Assembly (NCBI GenBank): GCA_045118155.1
Contig: JBGUXS010000078.1
Location: 443 to 64,442 of the forward strand
DNA: 64,000 bases
Reading direction: 5' to 3'
DNA from: Alphaproteobacteria bacterium
GTDB taxonomy: Bacteria > Pseudomonadota > Alphaproteobacteria > CAAHEQ01 > UBA3637
In this document: piece by piece, positions 36,577 to 48,430 of the stretch
How positions within the stretch are numbered: the first letter of the stretch is position 1
Layout: every line of letters begins with the position of its first letter
Translations under genes and position numbers: made by a program
The notes under the pieces: model-generated
Databases searched by the model: none
What the model was told of the DNA's origin: nothing
What the model saw: only the letters and a program-made list of their open reading frames with translations

Positions 36577-37050
36577 TTATGCTTTTTTCAACATCATAGC
36601 ACTAAAGACACACTGTGAAACAAGCTTTCCATCCACATAAGCTTGTCCCCGGAATTTAAACACATTTCTAACGACTTGTTCTTTTGTTACCTTCATTTCC
36701 AAAACATCCCCTGGGACAACAGGTTTTCTAAATTTCGCATCATCTAATGTCATAAAGTACACCATCTGATTATAGCGTTCTTCTTCAGGTAACATCATCA
36801 AGACAACAATTCCTGCAGTTTGTGCCATTGCTTCAATCTGCAAAACCCCTGGCATAACTGGATTTTCTGGGAAATGGCCTTGAAAAAAAGGTTCGTTAAT
36901 GGTAATATTTTTTACACCCGTTCCACTAACCCCAGGAACAATATCTTTAACTCTATCAATCATGATAAACGGATACCGATGCGGCAGCATCTTTAAAATG
37001 GTATCTATTCTAATTTCTGGTAACGTTTCTTCCATAGCCGTATCTGTCAT
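36577..37050 (-). CDS. fabZ: 3-hydroxyacyl-ACP dehydratase
   Basis: [37 protein letters not shown]. Confidence 0.95.
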   Translation of the reverse strand: MTDTAMEETLPEIRIDTILKMLPHRYPFIMIDRVKDIVPGVSGTGVKNITINEPFFQGHFPENPVMPGVLQIEAMAQTAGIVVLMMLPEEERYNQMVYFMTLDDAKFRKPVVPGDVLEMKVTKEQVVRNVFKFRGQAYVDGKLVSQCVFSAMMLKKA

Positions 37051-38126
37051 TTATGACTCCTTTTCAATACCCAAAGTTTTATTTTATCTTTCCACGAAAG
37101 GGGGACCCCTTGTTTCTTTTCCCCTAATTTTTGGATAAGAAGTTGCTGGCGTACCCAATCCAGCTTAGGCTGCGCCGGAGATCCCAAAACCGTCATACCT
37201 GCTGGGACATCCCGCATCACCCCAGATTGTGCCCCAATTTGCGCTCCTGTCCCAATATTTAAGTGTCCTGCAAAACCAACTTGTCCCCCAACGGTTACAA
37301 AATCACCAAATGTACAACTGCCCGCAATACCCACTTGTGCCACAATAACGCAACACCTTCCTAATTTTACGTTATGAGCAACTTGAACAAGATTATCAAT
37401 GCGTGTTCCAGAACCTATTTCTGTATCTCCCATAGCCCCGCGATCAACGGTGGTACAGGCGCCAATTTCAACATCATCTCCAATCTTAACGCGCCCCAAT
37501 TGAGGGCATTTTGTGGGACCAAATTTTGGGGACATCGCAAATCCAAAACCATCCTGCCCAATCATTGCCCCAGGATAAATATAAACTTTATTTCCCATAT
37601 CACAATGCGAAACAACCGCATTAGCCCCAATAATACACCCAGCCCCCATATGGACCCCAGCTTGAACAACGGCATTAGCTTGAATATGGCATCCTGAACC
37701 TATAACAGTATCCGCCCCCACAAAGGCCCCAGCATCAATTTGACATCCTTCCCCAATCTTGGCTGTGGGATCAATAAATGCCTTATCTGAAATTCCCGGA
37801 GTTATTGAATAAGGATAAAACGCCTGAGCTAACAAGCCATATGACCGATGAGGATCAACAGCTATTAAAGCTATGGTTCCTTCCGGCACCAAAGACAAAA
37901 ACTTTTCTGGGACAATCACCGCCCCAGCTTTTGTTTGTTTTAGGCTTTCTCGCACTGAAGGAATAAAGGCCCAGGAAACATCATCAGGGCCTGCTTCATC
38001 TAATGAAGCAACATCTTGCATAACCCTTCCCAAAGCATTGGTATCTGAAACTTTAACATCTGCGATACGGGCAACTTCTTCTAATGTAAAAGGACCCTTT
38101 TTATCAAAAAAACGTTTATCGGCCAT
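37047..38126 (-). CDS. lpxD: UDP-3-O-acylglucosamine N-acyltransferase
   Basis: N-terminal LpxD domain followed by long left-handed beta-helix hexapeptide repeats. Lies in the lpxD-fabZ-lpxA gene order. Confidence 0.92.
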   Translation of the reverse strand: MADKRFFDKKGPFTLEEVARIADVKVSDTNALGRVMQDVASLDEAGPDDVSWAFIPSVRESLKQTKAGAVIVPEKFLSLVPEGTIALIAVDPHRSYGLLAQAFYPYSITPGISDKAFIDPTAKIGEGCQIDAGAFVGADTVIGSGCHIQANAVVQAGVHMGAGCIIGANAVVSHCDMGNKVYIYPGAMIGQDGFGFAMSPKFGPTKCPQLGRVKIGDDVEIGACTTVDRGAMGDTEIGSGTRIDNLVQVAHNVKLGRCCVIVAQVGIAGSCTFGDFVTVGGQVGFAGHLNIGTGAQIGAQSGVMRDVPAGMTVLGSPAQPKLDWVRQQLLIQKLGEKKQGVPLSWKDKIKLWVLKRSHK

Positions 38127-38140
38127 TTGTATTTTTATCC

Positions 38141-38713
38141 TTATGGTAAATGAAATTGCGTGGGATCAGGATAAACCACCTTAATTTCTTTTTTATTTAA
38201 AATTTTAATAACATCTTCTGTCATATCATAATGCTTTCCTGTATAAACCAATGTCCCCCGAAGCAAAATGATATCATACCCCTTTTTATCCCCGATCTCT
38301 CGGATAATATTTACCGCCGCTTCGTCCACTTCCTTGGAAGCAACTTGTGTGGCCTGCATAATACGTTGAGCCTCTTCTTGATAACGGGCTTGTAATTTTT
38401 CCATTTTCTTTTGCAAAGCCACTAATTTATCTTGGCTAGGCTTTTTACTCTTCCTTAAATCTTGTTCTTCTTTATCTAAAACCGCCTTTTCGGCCATTAA
38501 CTTTACTCGCCAAACATCTTCATATTTCTTTTGTTCCGCGGCAATTGTCTGATAAGCCTTTGCTTCATCCCGTAATTTTTGCCCATCCAAAATGCCAATC
38601 TTCATCCCACTTGGACGCATAAAAAGGAAAAGAATAAATGCCCCCAAGACAATTAAAATGATTTTGAAATAACGCCGAACAAATGGCAGAATTTTTTGTG
38701 CTGACTGTGTCAT
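38141..38713 (-). CDS. skp: OmpH/Skp periplasmic chaperone
   Basis: Signal anchor and a coiled-coil K/E/Q-rich body. Located between bamA and lpxD. Confidence 0.8.
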   Translation of the reverse strand: MTQSAQKILPFVRRYFKIILIVLGAFILFLFMRPSGMKIGILDGQKLRDEAKAYQTIAAEQKKYEDVWRVKLMAEKAVLDKEEQDLRKSKKPSQDKLVALQKKMEKLQARYQEEAQRIMQATQVASKEVDEAAVNIIREIGDKKGYDIILLRGTLVYTGKHYDMTEDVIKILNKKEIKVVYPDPTQFHLP

Positions 38714-40977
38714 TAGAATCCCTTTCCAAAGTTTAACCTAAACACTCTGCGATTATCCTCTTTTGCTTTTTTGATTGGGAAAGCAAAATCAAGATTAATC
38801 GTTCCCATCGGGGATTGCCAAACAATCCCTGTTCCAACAGAAACACGAACATCATCAGAATATACCATTGTATTCGGGTCATAATCATCCGGTTTCCCTA
38901 AGATACCAGCGTCCGTAAACAATTTTCCTTTAATTCCAAGTTCTTTAGGAAGCCCTAGTGGGAATGTTAATTCCATAGAAGCTGTCGTATACCACAAGCC
39001 CCCTAAGAAGTCATCACCTTGTTTAGCACCAACACCACCATATTCAAACCCACGAAGTAATGAATCCCCTAAAATATACCGGTTATTGATACGGACTGAT
39101 TGCCCCCCCAATCCCCAAATTTTTCCTGCATCACCCCGTACAGAGAAAACAACATCGTCCATCACCGGGAAGTACCGGATTCCCATCACATTAACACGGA
39201 AGAATTTTGTATCTCCACCGACACCGGCAAAATCTGTGCCAATTGATGTATAATACCCTTGGGTCGGATCCATTTTATTATCTCGTTTATCATAATACAA
39301 TTCTTGGCCAATCATAGAAGTTGAATAAGAACCGGCTTGTCCTTTAATATAAAGTGAAGCATCTTCTTTAATATCAGTGACTTTATCTCGTTTTAATGTA
39401 TAGCGCACAACCTGTCCTAAATAGTCATTGTAATGCCACCCAAAAGATAAGACCCCACCAGTACTCCGTGATTTATAGGAACTGTAATCTTCATTATCTT
39501 CTGTTGTATGGAACAATGAGATTCCCGCTGAAACATTTTGATCCATAAAATAAGGATCACTTAGATTAATTTGATATTGGGTTTCACGTTGCGACCACAT
39601 AACATCAAATCCAGCGGTTTTACCTGTCCCTAAGATATTACGCTCTTGAATACCAGTTTCAAACAACATCCCATCATAAGATGACCATCCAATCCCAACA
39701 TTAAAGGCCCCTGTTGATTTTTCCACAACATCCAACATAACATCCGTTTTGGCGGCACTTCCTGAAACAGGAACAACCTTAAAATCGGCCTTTTCAAAAT
39801 ACCCTAAATTATCCACCCGTTGTTTAGATAGCTGAATACGGGCAGGACTGTATGCATCTCCTTCTTTGAATCTCAACTCACGCCGAACAACTTTATCCAA
39901 TGTCCGCGTATTTCCCCGAATGTCAATCCGGTTTACAAACACCTTTTCTCCTTCAGCAACATTGAAAACAACTTGAACCGTTCTGTCTGTCGGGTTTGTA
40001 TTCAACATGGGCTGTACATCAGCAAAAGCATACCCGGAATTTGAAAATTTATCTAACAAATTAGAGATACTGGCCTCTATTCTATCGGCATTGAACCAGT
40101 TTCCTTCTTCCACTTCCAACAAATCCATCAGTTCAGAAGTATCCCCTTGGTATTCCGGTAAATTAACTTGGATTTTGGGCTTTGCAAATTTATACCGTTC
40201 TCCTTCGGTAAGATCCATATTCACAATAAATGCTTGCCGATCAGGGGTTAATTCCGCCCATGCCTTATTCACTTTAAAATCAACATATCCATGGTTCAAA
40301 TAAAACCGCCGTAATGCTTCTTGGTCATAATTCAACCGATCTGGGTCATATGTATCTGTAGAGGCAAAAAAACGGTACCAAGCGTATTCTTTACTAATCA
40401 AAGCGGCTTTTAAATCATCTGCTTTATAGGCCTTATTTCCAATGAAGTTTATTTTTTTAATAAACGTTTGATCCCCTTCGGTAATTTCATAGATAACATC
40501 TACCCTATTTTCATCTTTCTTAATAATTTTAGGAACAATTGTGGCCCCATAACGACCATGGCGTTGATATAACTGTAACATCCGTTCCACGTCATTTTGC
40601 ATTTTAGCCTTTGTCCAAACAGCCCGCGGTTTTAATGAAATTTCTGGACGTAACATCGTATCTTCTAGCTTTCGGTTCCCTTCAAAGAAGAGCTCATTGA
40701 CAATAGGATTTTCCTGAACTTGAACCCTAGCAATCCCTTGATTCATCGTTACTTTTACTTCAGAAAAAAGGCCTGTATCAAATAATGTCTTAACGGCCTC
40801 GTCTAAATCCGAACTTGATAGCACTTTGCCCTTTTGCCAATTTAAATAGTTCATAATTGTTGCATCTTCTATTCTATTAGTTCCCGTAATAGAAACCGCA
40901 TTCAAAACCTGATCAGCGAAGACCGAAGTTGATAACAATAAACTAGAACAAACAAAAGTGTAATACAGTTTTTTCAT
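38713..40977 (-). CDS. bamA: Outer membrane protein assembly factor BamA
   Basis: Signal peptide MKKLYYTFVCSSLLLSTSVFA, five POTRA-like repeats, a C-terminal beta-barrel and a terminal F. The start at 40977 makes an ATGA overlap with rseP; the track ORF extends to 41061. Confidence 0.93.
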   Translation of the reverse strand: MKKLYYTFVCSSLLLSTSVFADQVLNAVSITGTNRIEDATIMNYLNWQKGKVLSSSDLDEAVKTLFDTGLFSEVKVTMNQGIARVQVQENPIVNELFFEGNRKLEDTMLRPEISLKPRAVWTKAKMQNDVERMLQLYQRHGRYGATIVPKIIKKDENRVDVIYEITEGDQTFIKKINFIGNKAYKADDLKAALISKEYAWYRFFASTDTYDPDRLNYDQEALRRFYLNHGYVDFKVNKAWAELTPDRQAFIVNMDLTEGERYKFAKPKIQVNLPEYQGDTSELMDLLEVEEGNWFNADRIEASISNLLDKFSNSGYAFADVQPMLNTNPTDRTVQVVFNVAEGEKVFVNRIDIRGNTRTLDKVVRRELRFKEGDAYSPARIQLSKQRVDNLGYFEKADFKVVPVSGSAAKTDVMLDVVEKSTGAFNVGIGWSSYDGMLFETGIQERNILGTGKTAGFDVMWSQRETQYQINLSDPYFMDQNVSAGISLFHTTEDNEDYSSYKSRSTGGVLSFGWHYNDYLGQVVRYTLKRDKVTDIKEDASLYIKGQAGSYSTSMIGQELYYDKRDNKMDPTQGYYTSIGTDFAGVGGDTKFFRVNVMGIRYFPVMDDVVFSVRGDAGKIWGLGGQSVRINNRYILGDSLLRGFEYGGVGAKQGDDFLGGLWYTTASMELTFPLGLPKELGIKGKLFTDAGILGKPDDYDPNTMVYSDDVRVSVGTGIVWQSPMGTINLDFAFPIKKAKEDNRRVFRLNFGKGF

Positions 40978-42068
40978 CCAAAAATCCTTTGCACAATTCG
41001 TGGTATATCTAATACCAGAGTAAACACAAGAAGTCCCCCTAACACAGCACAACCTACCCAAACAAGTACTGTCTGTAAGCGAACCGACACAGAACGACCT
41101 GTCAGCCCTTCCACAAGATACATTGCAAGATGTCCCCCATCCAACAATGGTATCGGTAATAAATTCATAAAACCAACTGCAATTGAAATATTAACAATAA
41201 ACAATAAAAGGGTTAATCCCCCACCTAATAAAGCATCCCCAGAAGCTTCAGCAATTCCCAACGGACCCCGCATTTCTTTTGCTGAACGTTTATGTAAAAT
41301 CATTTGTTTTAAATAAACAACCATATCCCATGTTGTCTGTCCTATAATCTGTCCTGAACGTCCTAAAGCCGCCAGCAAAGAAAACTTCTTTTGGCCAATT
41401 TCAACCTTAGGGGATGACTTAATTCCCAACATAGGGGTTCCTTCAACTTCTTCAAGTTTCGGGATGATAATGTCTTCTATTTTTCCTTCCCGCTGAACTT
41501 GAATAGCTAGCGGTTGCCCTTTTTCTTGTGCCAAAACAAAACGTAAAATATCCCGATAGCTTTCAACCCCTTTTTGATTCATTGTCAAAATACGATCCCC
41601 AGAAACAATCCCCGCCCGTTCAGCCGGCAACCCTGGCATCACTTCTCCAACAACAGGGGGAACAATTGCTTCCCCAATACACAAGAGCATCCCAGCCAAT
41701 ACAATCCACGCAAAAAAGTAATTCATCCCTGGTCCCGCCGCAATAATCAGTGCCCGTTGCCACCGGGGTTTAGATAAGAACATCTTTTTACGTTCAGACG
41801 CGGGAATTTTGGTATCTTTTTGGGTCATACTGGCCGCATCCCCGTCCCCTAACATCTTCACATATCCCCCTAGAGGAATCGCCCCGATTTTCCAAAGAGT
41901 TCCCTTCTTGTCTTTTCTGGAAAACAATGTCTTTCCAAATCCAATGGAAAATTCCTCAACCTGAACACCACAGCATCGGGCCACAAAAAAATGTCCCCCT
42001 TCATGAACAAGGACAATGATAGATAAGACAACAACAAAAGCCGTGAGATAAATACAGGCTTGTATCAT
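40974..42068 (-). CDS. rseP: RIP zinc metalloprotease RseP (site-2 protease)
   Basis: HEGGHFFVARCCGV (HExxH), a PDZ domain and NLLPIPLLDGGH. The start at 42068 makes an ATGA overlap with cdsA. Confidence 0.9.
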   Translation of the reverse strand: MIQACIYLTAFVVVLSIIVLVHEGGHFFVARCCGVQVEEFSIGFGKTLFSRKDKKGTLWKIGAIPLGGYVKMLGDGDAASMTQKDTKIPASERKKMFLSKPRWQRALIIAAGPGMNYFFAWIVLAGMLLCIGEAIVPPVVGEVMPGLPAERAGIVSGDRILTMNQKGVESYRDILRFVLAQEKGQPLAIQVQREGKIEDIIIPKLEEVEGTPMLGIKSSPKVEIGQKKFSLLAALGRSGQIIGQTTWDMVVYLKQMILHKRSAKEMRGPLGIAEASGDALLGGGLTLLLFIVNISIAVGFMNLLPIPLLDGGHLAMYLVEGLTGRSVSVRLQTVLVWVGCAVLGGLLVFTLVLDIPRIVQRIFG

Positions 42069-42898
42069 GAAAACCACCCCTGCGTAAAGCACAACACAAA
42101 CAGTGCCAATCCCATTGCAGCAAACAACAATCCATCCACTCTATCAAACAACCCCCCATGCCCTGGGATTAAATTACTAGAATCTTTTAAATCTAATTGA
42201 CGCTTAATAAATGATTCAAAAAAGTCCCCAACTTGGGAAACGACCGCCAAAATACCGGCAGATATAGTCAACAATGTCCGCCATGGAATATTGACCGTTC
42301 CTTCTTGTGGATCATTCCCCATCCACAGGGCAAACAGAAAAGCCACCAGCATAGCAAATCCAACCCCACCGATAAGTCCAGACCACGTTTTATTCGGGCT
42401 AATCCGGGGACAAATCTTAGGCCCTTTTACTGTCGTCCCCACAAGGTAAGCCCCTATATCTGTTGCCCAAACCACAAAAAACAACCATAAAACAATATCC
42501 CGAGAAATCGATCCTTCAATGAAGTATAAATAGCTCAATGACACCACCGGAAGACAAATATAAGGCACCCCAAAAGCTAGCGCAATATTGAAACGGGATT
42601 TCCAAAAGATAAAGGCCGTTGATAACCCAACAACCCAAAGGGCAAATGAAGGATTATCTGGGGTCAAAAAGGCGCATAAACATACACTTAAAGTCATCAG
42701 TAATGCATTAATCGTAATGTTTCTGGAAATCATGTGTTCCCATTCCCAACACAACCCCGTTCCTAAAACAGCAAGTAAAATGGAATATGCCGGAATAGAA
42801 AAGTTTTCATAAATGGGTTTTCCAAACCAAACAATAGCCACCACCATAGGTGCTAGCACAAAAGAAGAGATAATACGTTTTGCAAGTTGAGAATTCAT
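42065..42898 (-). CDS. cdsA: Phosphatidate cytidylyltransferase
   Basis: ISPNKTWSGLIGG and IPGHGGLFDRVDGLLF. The start is taken at MNSQLAKRI; the ORF is open to 43048. Confidence 0.9.
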   Translation of the reverse strand: MNSQLAKRIISSFVLAPMVVAIVWFGKPIYENFSIPAYSILLAVLGTGLCWEWEHMISRNITINALLMTLSVCLCAFLTPDNPSFALWVVGLSTAFIFWKSRFNIALAFGVPYICLPVVSLSYLYFIEGSISRDIVLWLFFVVWATDIGAYLVGTTVKGPKICPRISPNKTWSGLIGGVGFAMLVAFLFALWMGNDPQEGTVNIPWRTLLTISAGILAVVSQVGDFFESFIKRQLDLKDSSNLIPGHGGLFDRVDGLLFAAMGLALFVLCFTQGWFS

Positions 42899-43050
42899 TT
42901 TCAATCCTTTTCCTGTTTTGCGGATTTTCGCAGATTTACACGCCCTTGTCAAATATTTTTTATCCTTAAAAAGAAATGCCATTTTTTTTAAAAAAACTGT
43001 TGTCTTTTTACGAAAAGAAGTATATGAATGGTTTAATACTAGAAACATGA

Positions 43051-44112
<1,062 letters not shown>

Positions 44113-44120
44113 GAGGGTTC

Positions 44121-44972
44121 ATGGAAAACAGGGCTTTTCGTGTAAAACGGATGCGGGCGCAACTAAAACGGTTTGCGCCTGTCCTGTTTTTAATGATCGC
44201 CCTTTTTTCACTTTGGTTTGCAAAAAGTTCTTTGCCCGCGGTTGAATACGCGCGGCGTTGGACACTAAATACTGTCACCCCGGTATGGGCTGTTATCATA
44301 ACTCCTTTAAATTGGATTAACGCAGGGATTGATCATATCCAAGATTTCTTCCTAACTTATCTTGAAAATGACAAATTAAAACAAGAAAATGCGACGTTAA
44401 AGCAAAATATGGTTTTATTTGACTATCTAAAAATGGAAAATGAACGTTTGAAAAAACAGTATCATTATATTGATCTACCCATTGTTTCTATCGTATCAGC
44501 ACCGGTTCTTTCTTCTGAAACAGAAAAAGCACAAACCCTTTTAACCCCTGCTGGGACAAAAGACGGAATAAAAAAAGGATTTGTGGCGCTTTCCCCTCAA
44601 GGACTTGTCGGACGTGTTCTGTCCACGGGTTATGGATACAGTCGTATTTTATTACTAACTGATTTAACATCACGTATTCCCGTTATGGTGGGGCCACAAC
44701 GTTTTTTAGCTCTAGCCATTGGAACAGATGAAGATACATTAACCCTAACGGCGTTACCCGATGACGTATGCTACAATATTGGGGATGAAGTTTTAACATC
44801 AGGACATGGGGGTGTTTTCCCCGCCGGCTTGCGGGTTGGAACCATTGTTGATATTCAAGAAGACATTATTACCGTTCGTCCTACTTTCTCAAAAGAACAG
44901 GTTGAAACAATCCAACTTATTGATTTTGGTTTAACAGGATTACTATCCGAAGCCACATCATGTCAGGAGTAA
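44121..44972 (+). CDS. mreC: Rod shape-determining protein MreC
   Basis: TM anchor, coiled coil (LKQENATLKQ), GLVGRV and TSGHGGVFPAGLRVGTI. Confidence 0.9.
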   Translation: MENRAFRVKRMRAQLKRFAPVLFLMIALFSLWFAKSSLPAVEYARRWTLNTVTPVWAVIITPLNWINAGIDHIQDFFLTYLENDKLKQENATLKQNMVLFDYLKMENERLKKQYHYIDLPIVSIVSAPVLSSETEKAQTLLTPAGTKDGIKKGFVALSPQGLVGRVLSTGYGYSRILLLTDLTSRIPVMVGPQRFLALAIGTDEDTLTLTALPDDVCYNIGDEVLTSGHGGVFPAGLRVGTIVDIQEDIITVRPTFSKEQVETIQLIDFGLTGLLSEATSCQE

Positions 44973-45472
44973 GCATGCAAGCGCATCCTTGGTATGTTCA
45001 AAAAACTTTTTTACCCCTTCTAGGATGTTTATTCATTTTGTTACAACATGTCAATGGCTTTCATACAATTCCTGTTATGCCGACTATGATTTTCTTTTTT
45101 GCCTTATTTAACCCACCCCTTTTGCCTTTACTAACTGTTGTTGTTTTAGGAATTTTTGCAGACTTAATAGCTTCTAACTTTTTTGGGCTAAATACTTTTA
45201 TTTTTGTTTTTATTTTTTTTGCAGCAAACTTTTTCAAACGCTTTTTAAGCGATTTAAGTTTTTGGGGAATTTGGACTTTTTTCACCCTATTAAATGGCCT
45301 TATTTTTACGTTTAACGCCTTCATTTTTCTTCTTTCTTTTAATCACTTTCCGATTCTTCCATTCCTTCAAGAATGGATAGCATCCTGTTTCTTTTTCCCG
45401 ATATTCATGTTAATGTGTAATCGTTGCAATACTTGGCTAACTGGGGGGGATTATGATCGCTTGGAAGTATGA
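44960..45472 (+). CDS. mreD: Rod shape-determining protein MreD
   Basis: Polytopic small membrane protein in the mreBCD position. The start could be the Met at 44975. Confidence 0.75.
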   Translation: MSGVSMQAHPWYVQKTFLPLLGCLFILLQHVNGFHTIPVMPTMIFFFALFNPPLLPLLTVVVLGIFADLIASNFFGLNTFIFVFIFFAANFFKRFLSDLSFWGIWTFFTLLNGLIFTFNAFIFLLSFNHFPILPFLQEWIASCFFFPIFMLMCNRCNTWLTGGDYDRLEV

Positions 45473-47267
45473 AAAAGCGCAAGTCATTTTGCACCGTTTA
45501 GTTGCATTAGCGTGCATATTTTTCCTCATTTTTGTCATTTTGGTTTTACGTCTTTGTTATTTACAAATTTTTCAAGGCGAAAAATTTAAATTGCTTGCAG
45601 ATAAAAATCGCATTTCCGTTCGCGCAACCTTACCAATCCGTGGGACCATCTATGATCGGAACGGAATAAAGTTGGCAGAAAACAAAAAAAATTTTCGGGC
45701 AATTTTTATTCGTGAAGGCATCAAGAACTATAAGAAAGTTTTGGATAAATTTTCCTTACTCGTTTCTTTAAGCACAGAAGAACGGGCCCACATAGAAAAA
45801 GAATTAAAAAAGGTGCGGCCCTTTATGCCAGTTATGTTAAAAGATAATCTATCCTATCAGGAAATTGCCGCCTTAAGCTTAAACGCTCCTGACCTCCCTG
45901 GTATTCAGTTAGAAGAAGGGTTAACGCGGGTTTACCCCTTTGCTGAAAATACAGCACATGTTTTGGGATATTTGTCTATTCCCAGTGAAGATGATCTAAA
46001 AGAAAATGAACTTTTAAGTACTTTAACGGGTTATAAAATTGGATCCACTGGGATGGAAAAAGTTCTAGAAAACCACTTAATGGGCACCCCTGGTCTTTTA
46101 AAATCAGAAATCAATGCTTATGGACGCACAGTTCGTATTCTAGAAAAGGTCCCCCCCTTAGCTGGGGAAAATATTATGTTAACACTTGATGCACGTTTAC
46201 AACAATATGGGCTAGATGTATTTGGGGAACAAGCGGGTTCTGCTATTGTCATGGATATCCATACTGGGGAAATCTTAATGCTAATTTCGGCCCCTAGTTT
46301 TGATCCCAACTTATTTTTAATGCCCGTTTCCAGTAAAGATTGGACCGCGTTAAATACAAATAAGAAAAAACCTCTCACGAATAAAGCCCTCAGTGGCACT
46401 TATTCCCCAGGATCTATTTTTAAAATAGTAGTGGCTTTGGCTGGTTTAGAAAGTGGGGATATTAAATTAAATGAAAAAGAATATTGTTCGGGAAAAGTAA
46501 AATTGGGTCAACGCACTTTCCACTGTTGGAAAGAACATGGTCATGGAAATTTGGATGTCATCGGGGCACTCCGGGAATCTTGCGACGTCTTCTTTTATAA
46601 AAAAGCTCAAGAAATCGGGGTGGATAAAATTGTTGAAACAGCTCATAAACTTGGATTTGGAGAATTAACTGGCATTGAATTAATTGGTGAAAAAAAGGGA
46701 TTATTACCATCTAGGCAATGGAAGCAGGCGGTTAAAAAAGATGGATGGCGCATGGGGGATACCTTTAATTTAAGCATTGGACAAGGTTTCTTAAGTGCCA
46801 CCCCCCTACAAATGCTTCAAGCGGCTTCCATTATTGCAGCAGATGGGGTGAAGGTCCAACCTCATCTTTTAAAAACAAGTACACCATTCCCAGTACAAGA
46901 AGTCCCTTTTAAAAAAGATCATTTAGCTATTGTGCGCAAAGGGATGAACGAAGTTGTAAATGACCCGCATGGAACGGCCCATCGTTCAGCTTTTAATTTG
47001 GATGGGTTAAAAATGGCAGGGAAAACCGCTAGTACCCAAGTACGGGGAATCTCTTTAAAAGAACGTTTAGAAGGGGTAAAAAAACAAGAGGAACTGCCAT
47101 GGGAATATCGTGACCACGGGATGTTTGTTGCTTTTGCCCCAACAGATAATCCCCGTTATGCCGCTATTGTCGTCGTTGAACATGGGGGGGGAGGTTCCAA
47201 AGCAGCCGCCCCAATTGCTTCTAAACTTTTGAAAAAAGTATTACAGTTAGAAAAAGGACAAAACTGA
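45453..47267 (+). CDS. mrdA: Penicillin-binding protein 2 (elongasome transpeptidase)
   Basis: RGTIYDRNG, SPGSIFK (SxxK), SCD.. (SxN region) and KTAST (KTG-like). Confidence 0.93.
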   Translation: MIAWKYEKAQVILHRLVALACIFFLIFVILVLRLCYLQIFQGEKFKLLADKNRISVRATLPIRGTIYDRNGIKLAENKKNFRAIFIREGIKNYKKVLDKFSLLVSLSTEERAHIEKELKKVRPFMPVMLKDNLSYQEIAALSLNAPDLPGIQLEEGLTRVYPFAENTAHVLGYLSIPSEDDLKENELLSTLTGYKIGSTGMEKVLENHLMGTPGLLKSEINAYGRTVRILEKVPPLAGENIMLTLDARLQQYGLDVFGEQAGSAIVMDIHTGEILMLISAPSFDPNLFLMPVSSKDWTALNTNKKKPLTNKALSGTYSPGSIFKIVVALAGLESGDIKLNEKEYCSGKVKLGQRTFHCWKEHGHGNLDVIGALRESCDVFFYKKAQEIGVDKIVETAHKLGFGELTGIELIGEKKGLLPSRQWKQAVKKDGWRMGDTFNLSIGQGFLSATPLQMLQAASIIAADGVKVQPHLLKTSTPFPVQEVPFKKDHLAIVRKGMNEVVNDPHGTAHRSAFNLDGLKMAGKTASTQVRGISLKERLEGVKKQEELPWEYRDHGMFVAFAPTDNPRYAAIVVVEHGGGGSKAAAPIASKLLKKVLQLEKGQN

Positions 47268-48430
47268 TGGGCTTTTTTAGGGAACGAAACTGTTATTTAA
47301 AAGATTACAATTTATCTTTTAAGGATAAATGTAAACGATTCAGTTTTATATTTACATTTTATATTTTTTGTGTGGTTGGAATAGGTTTAGGTATTCTTTA
47401 TTCTGTTGGTGGGGGTAATTGGTCTCCATGGGCCCTCAAACAACTTATGCGTTTTTTGTTGGGACTTGCGCTTTATTTAATAATCGCTTTTACAAATTTA
47501 CGCATGTGGATGAAATATGCTTACTGGATTTATGGGATTACTTTGGCATTACTTGTCGGGGTAGAAGTTATGGGGACTATCGGAATGGGCGCCCAACGAT
47601 GGTTGGATTTAGGGGTATTTCAATTACAACCTTCAGAACTAATGAAAATAACACTTATTTTAGCATTGGCCAGGTATTTTCACGGAGCCGGCCTAGAAGA
47701 TATCCGAACTATCCGTTCGGCTTTAATTCCCATTGGCATGATTCTTGTTCCAACGGCTTTGATTTTAAAACAACCTGATTTGGGGACAGCCCTTATGTTG
47801 ATTTTTGCTGGTAGCATGATGTTATTTTTAGCCGGTGTTCAGATTTGGAAATTTATTTGTGTCGGGATTTTAGGGGCAACATCTGTTCCTATTTTATGGT
47901 CTTTTTTACACGATTATCAAAAACAACGCGTTTTAACCTTTTTAAATCCCGAAAAAGATCCGCTAGGGGCTGGATATCACATCATGCAATCAAAAATTGC
48001 TTTAGGATCCGGGGGACTTTGGGGAAAAGGTTTTCTAGAAGGCACTCAAAGCCGCTTAAATTTCTTACCCGAAAAACAAACCGATTTTATTTTTACCGTT
48101 TTATCTGAAGAATTTGGGTTTGTAGGATCTATGATTTTATTAGCCCTATTTGCCCTTATTATTTTATATGGTTTTATTATTACTGTACGATGTACTAATT
48201 TTTTTGGGAAATTTTTAGCTTTTGGATTAACCGCAAATTTTGCTTTGTATATTTTTATTAATGTCGGTATGGTCATGGGGTTATTACCGGTTGTAGGCGT
48301 TCCCTTACCACTTGTTTCTTACGGGGGAACCGCCATGTTAACCTTAATGATGGGCTTTGGGTTAATTCAGTGTGTTCATATCAACAGCGACATGGAAATA
48401 GGACGACGAGGATCCATTGATGATGAATGA
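47267..48430 (+). CDS. rodA: Peptidoglycan glycosyltransferase RodA (SEDS family)
   Basis: LQPSELMKI, PDLGTALM, TDFIFTVLSEEFGFVG, PLPLVSYGGT. Confidence 0.95.
   Translation: MGFFRERNCYLKDYNLSFKDKCKRFSFIFTFYIFCVVGIGLGILYSVGGGNWSPWALKQLMRFLLGLALYLIIAFTNLRMWMKYAYWIYGITLALLVGVEVMGTIGMGAQRWLDLGVFQLQPSELMKITLILALARYFHGAGLEDIRTIRSALIPIGMILVPTALILKQPDLGTALMLIFAGSMMLFLAGVQIWKFICVGILGATSVPILWSFLHDYQKQRVLTFLNPEKDPLGAGYHIMQSKIALGSGGLWGKGFLEGTQSRLNFLPEKQTDFIFTVLSEEFGFVGSMILLALFALIILYGFIITVRCTNFFGKFLAFGLTANFALYIFINVGMVMGLLPVVGVPLPLVSYGGTAMLTLMMGFGLIQCVHINSDMEIGRRGSIDDE

Noticed and set aside
40978-41061. 28-codon extension of bamA, and similarly 42899-43048 for cdsA
   Set aside because: The signal peptide and conserved N-termini start at internal Mets. 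Those starts recreate ATGA-type junctions or remove overlap with upstream genes.
45061-45324. Lysine-rich 87-aa antisense ORF opposite mreD
   Set aside because: It is an artefact of translating the complement of F/L-rich membrane codons (AAA/AAG runs).
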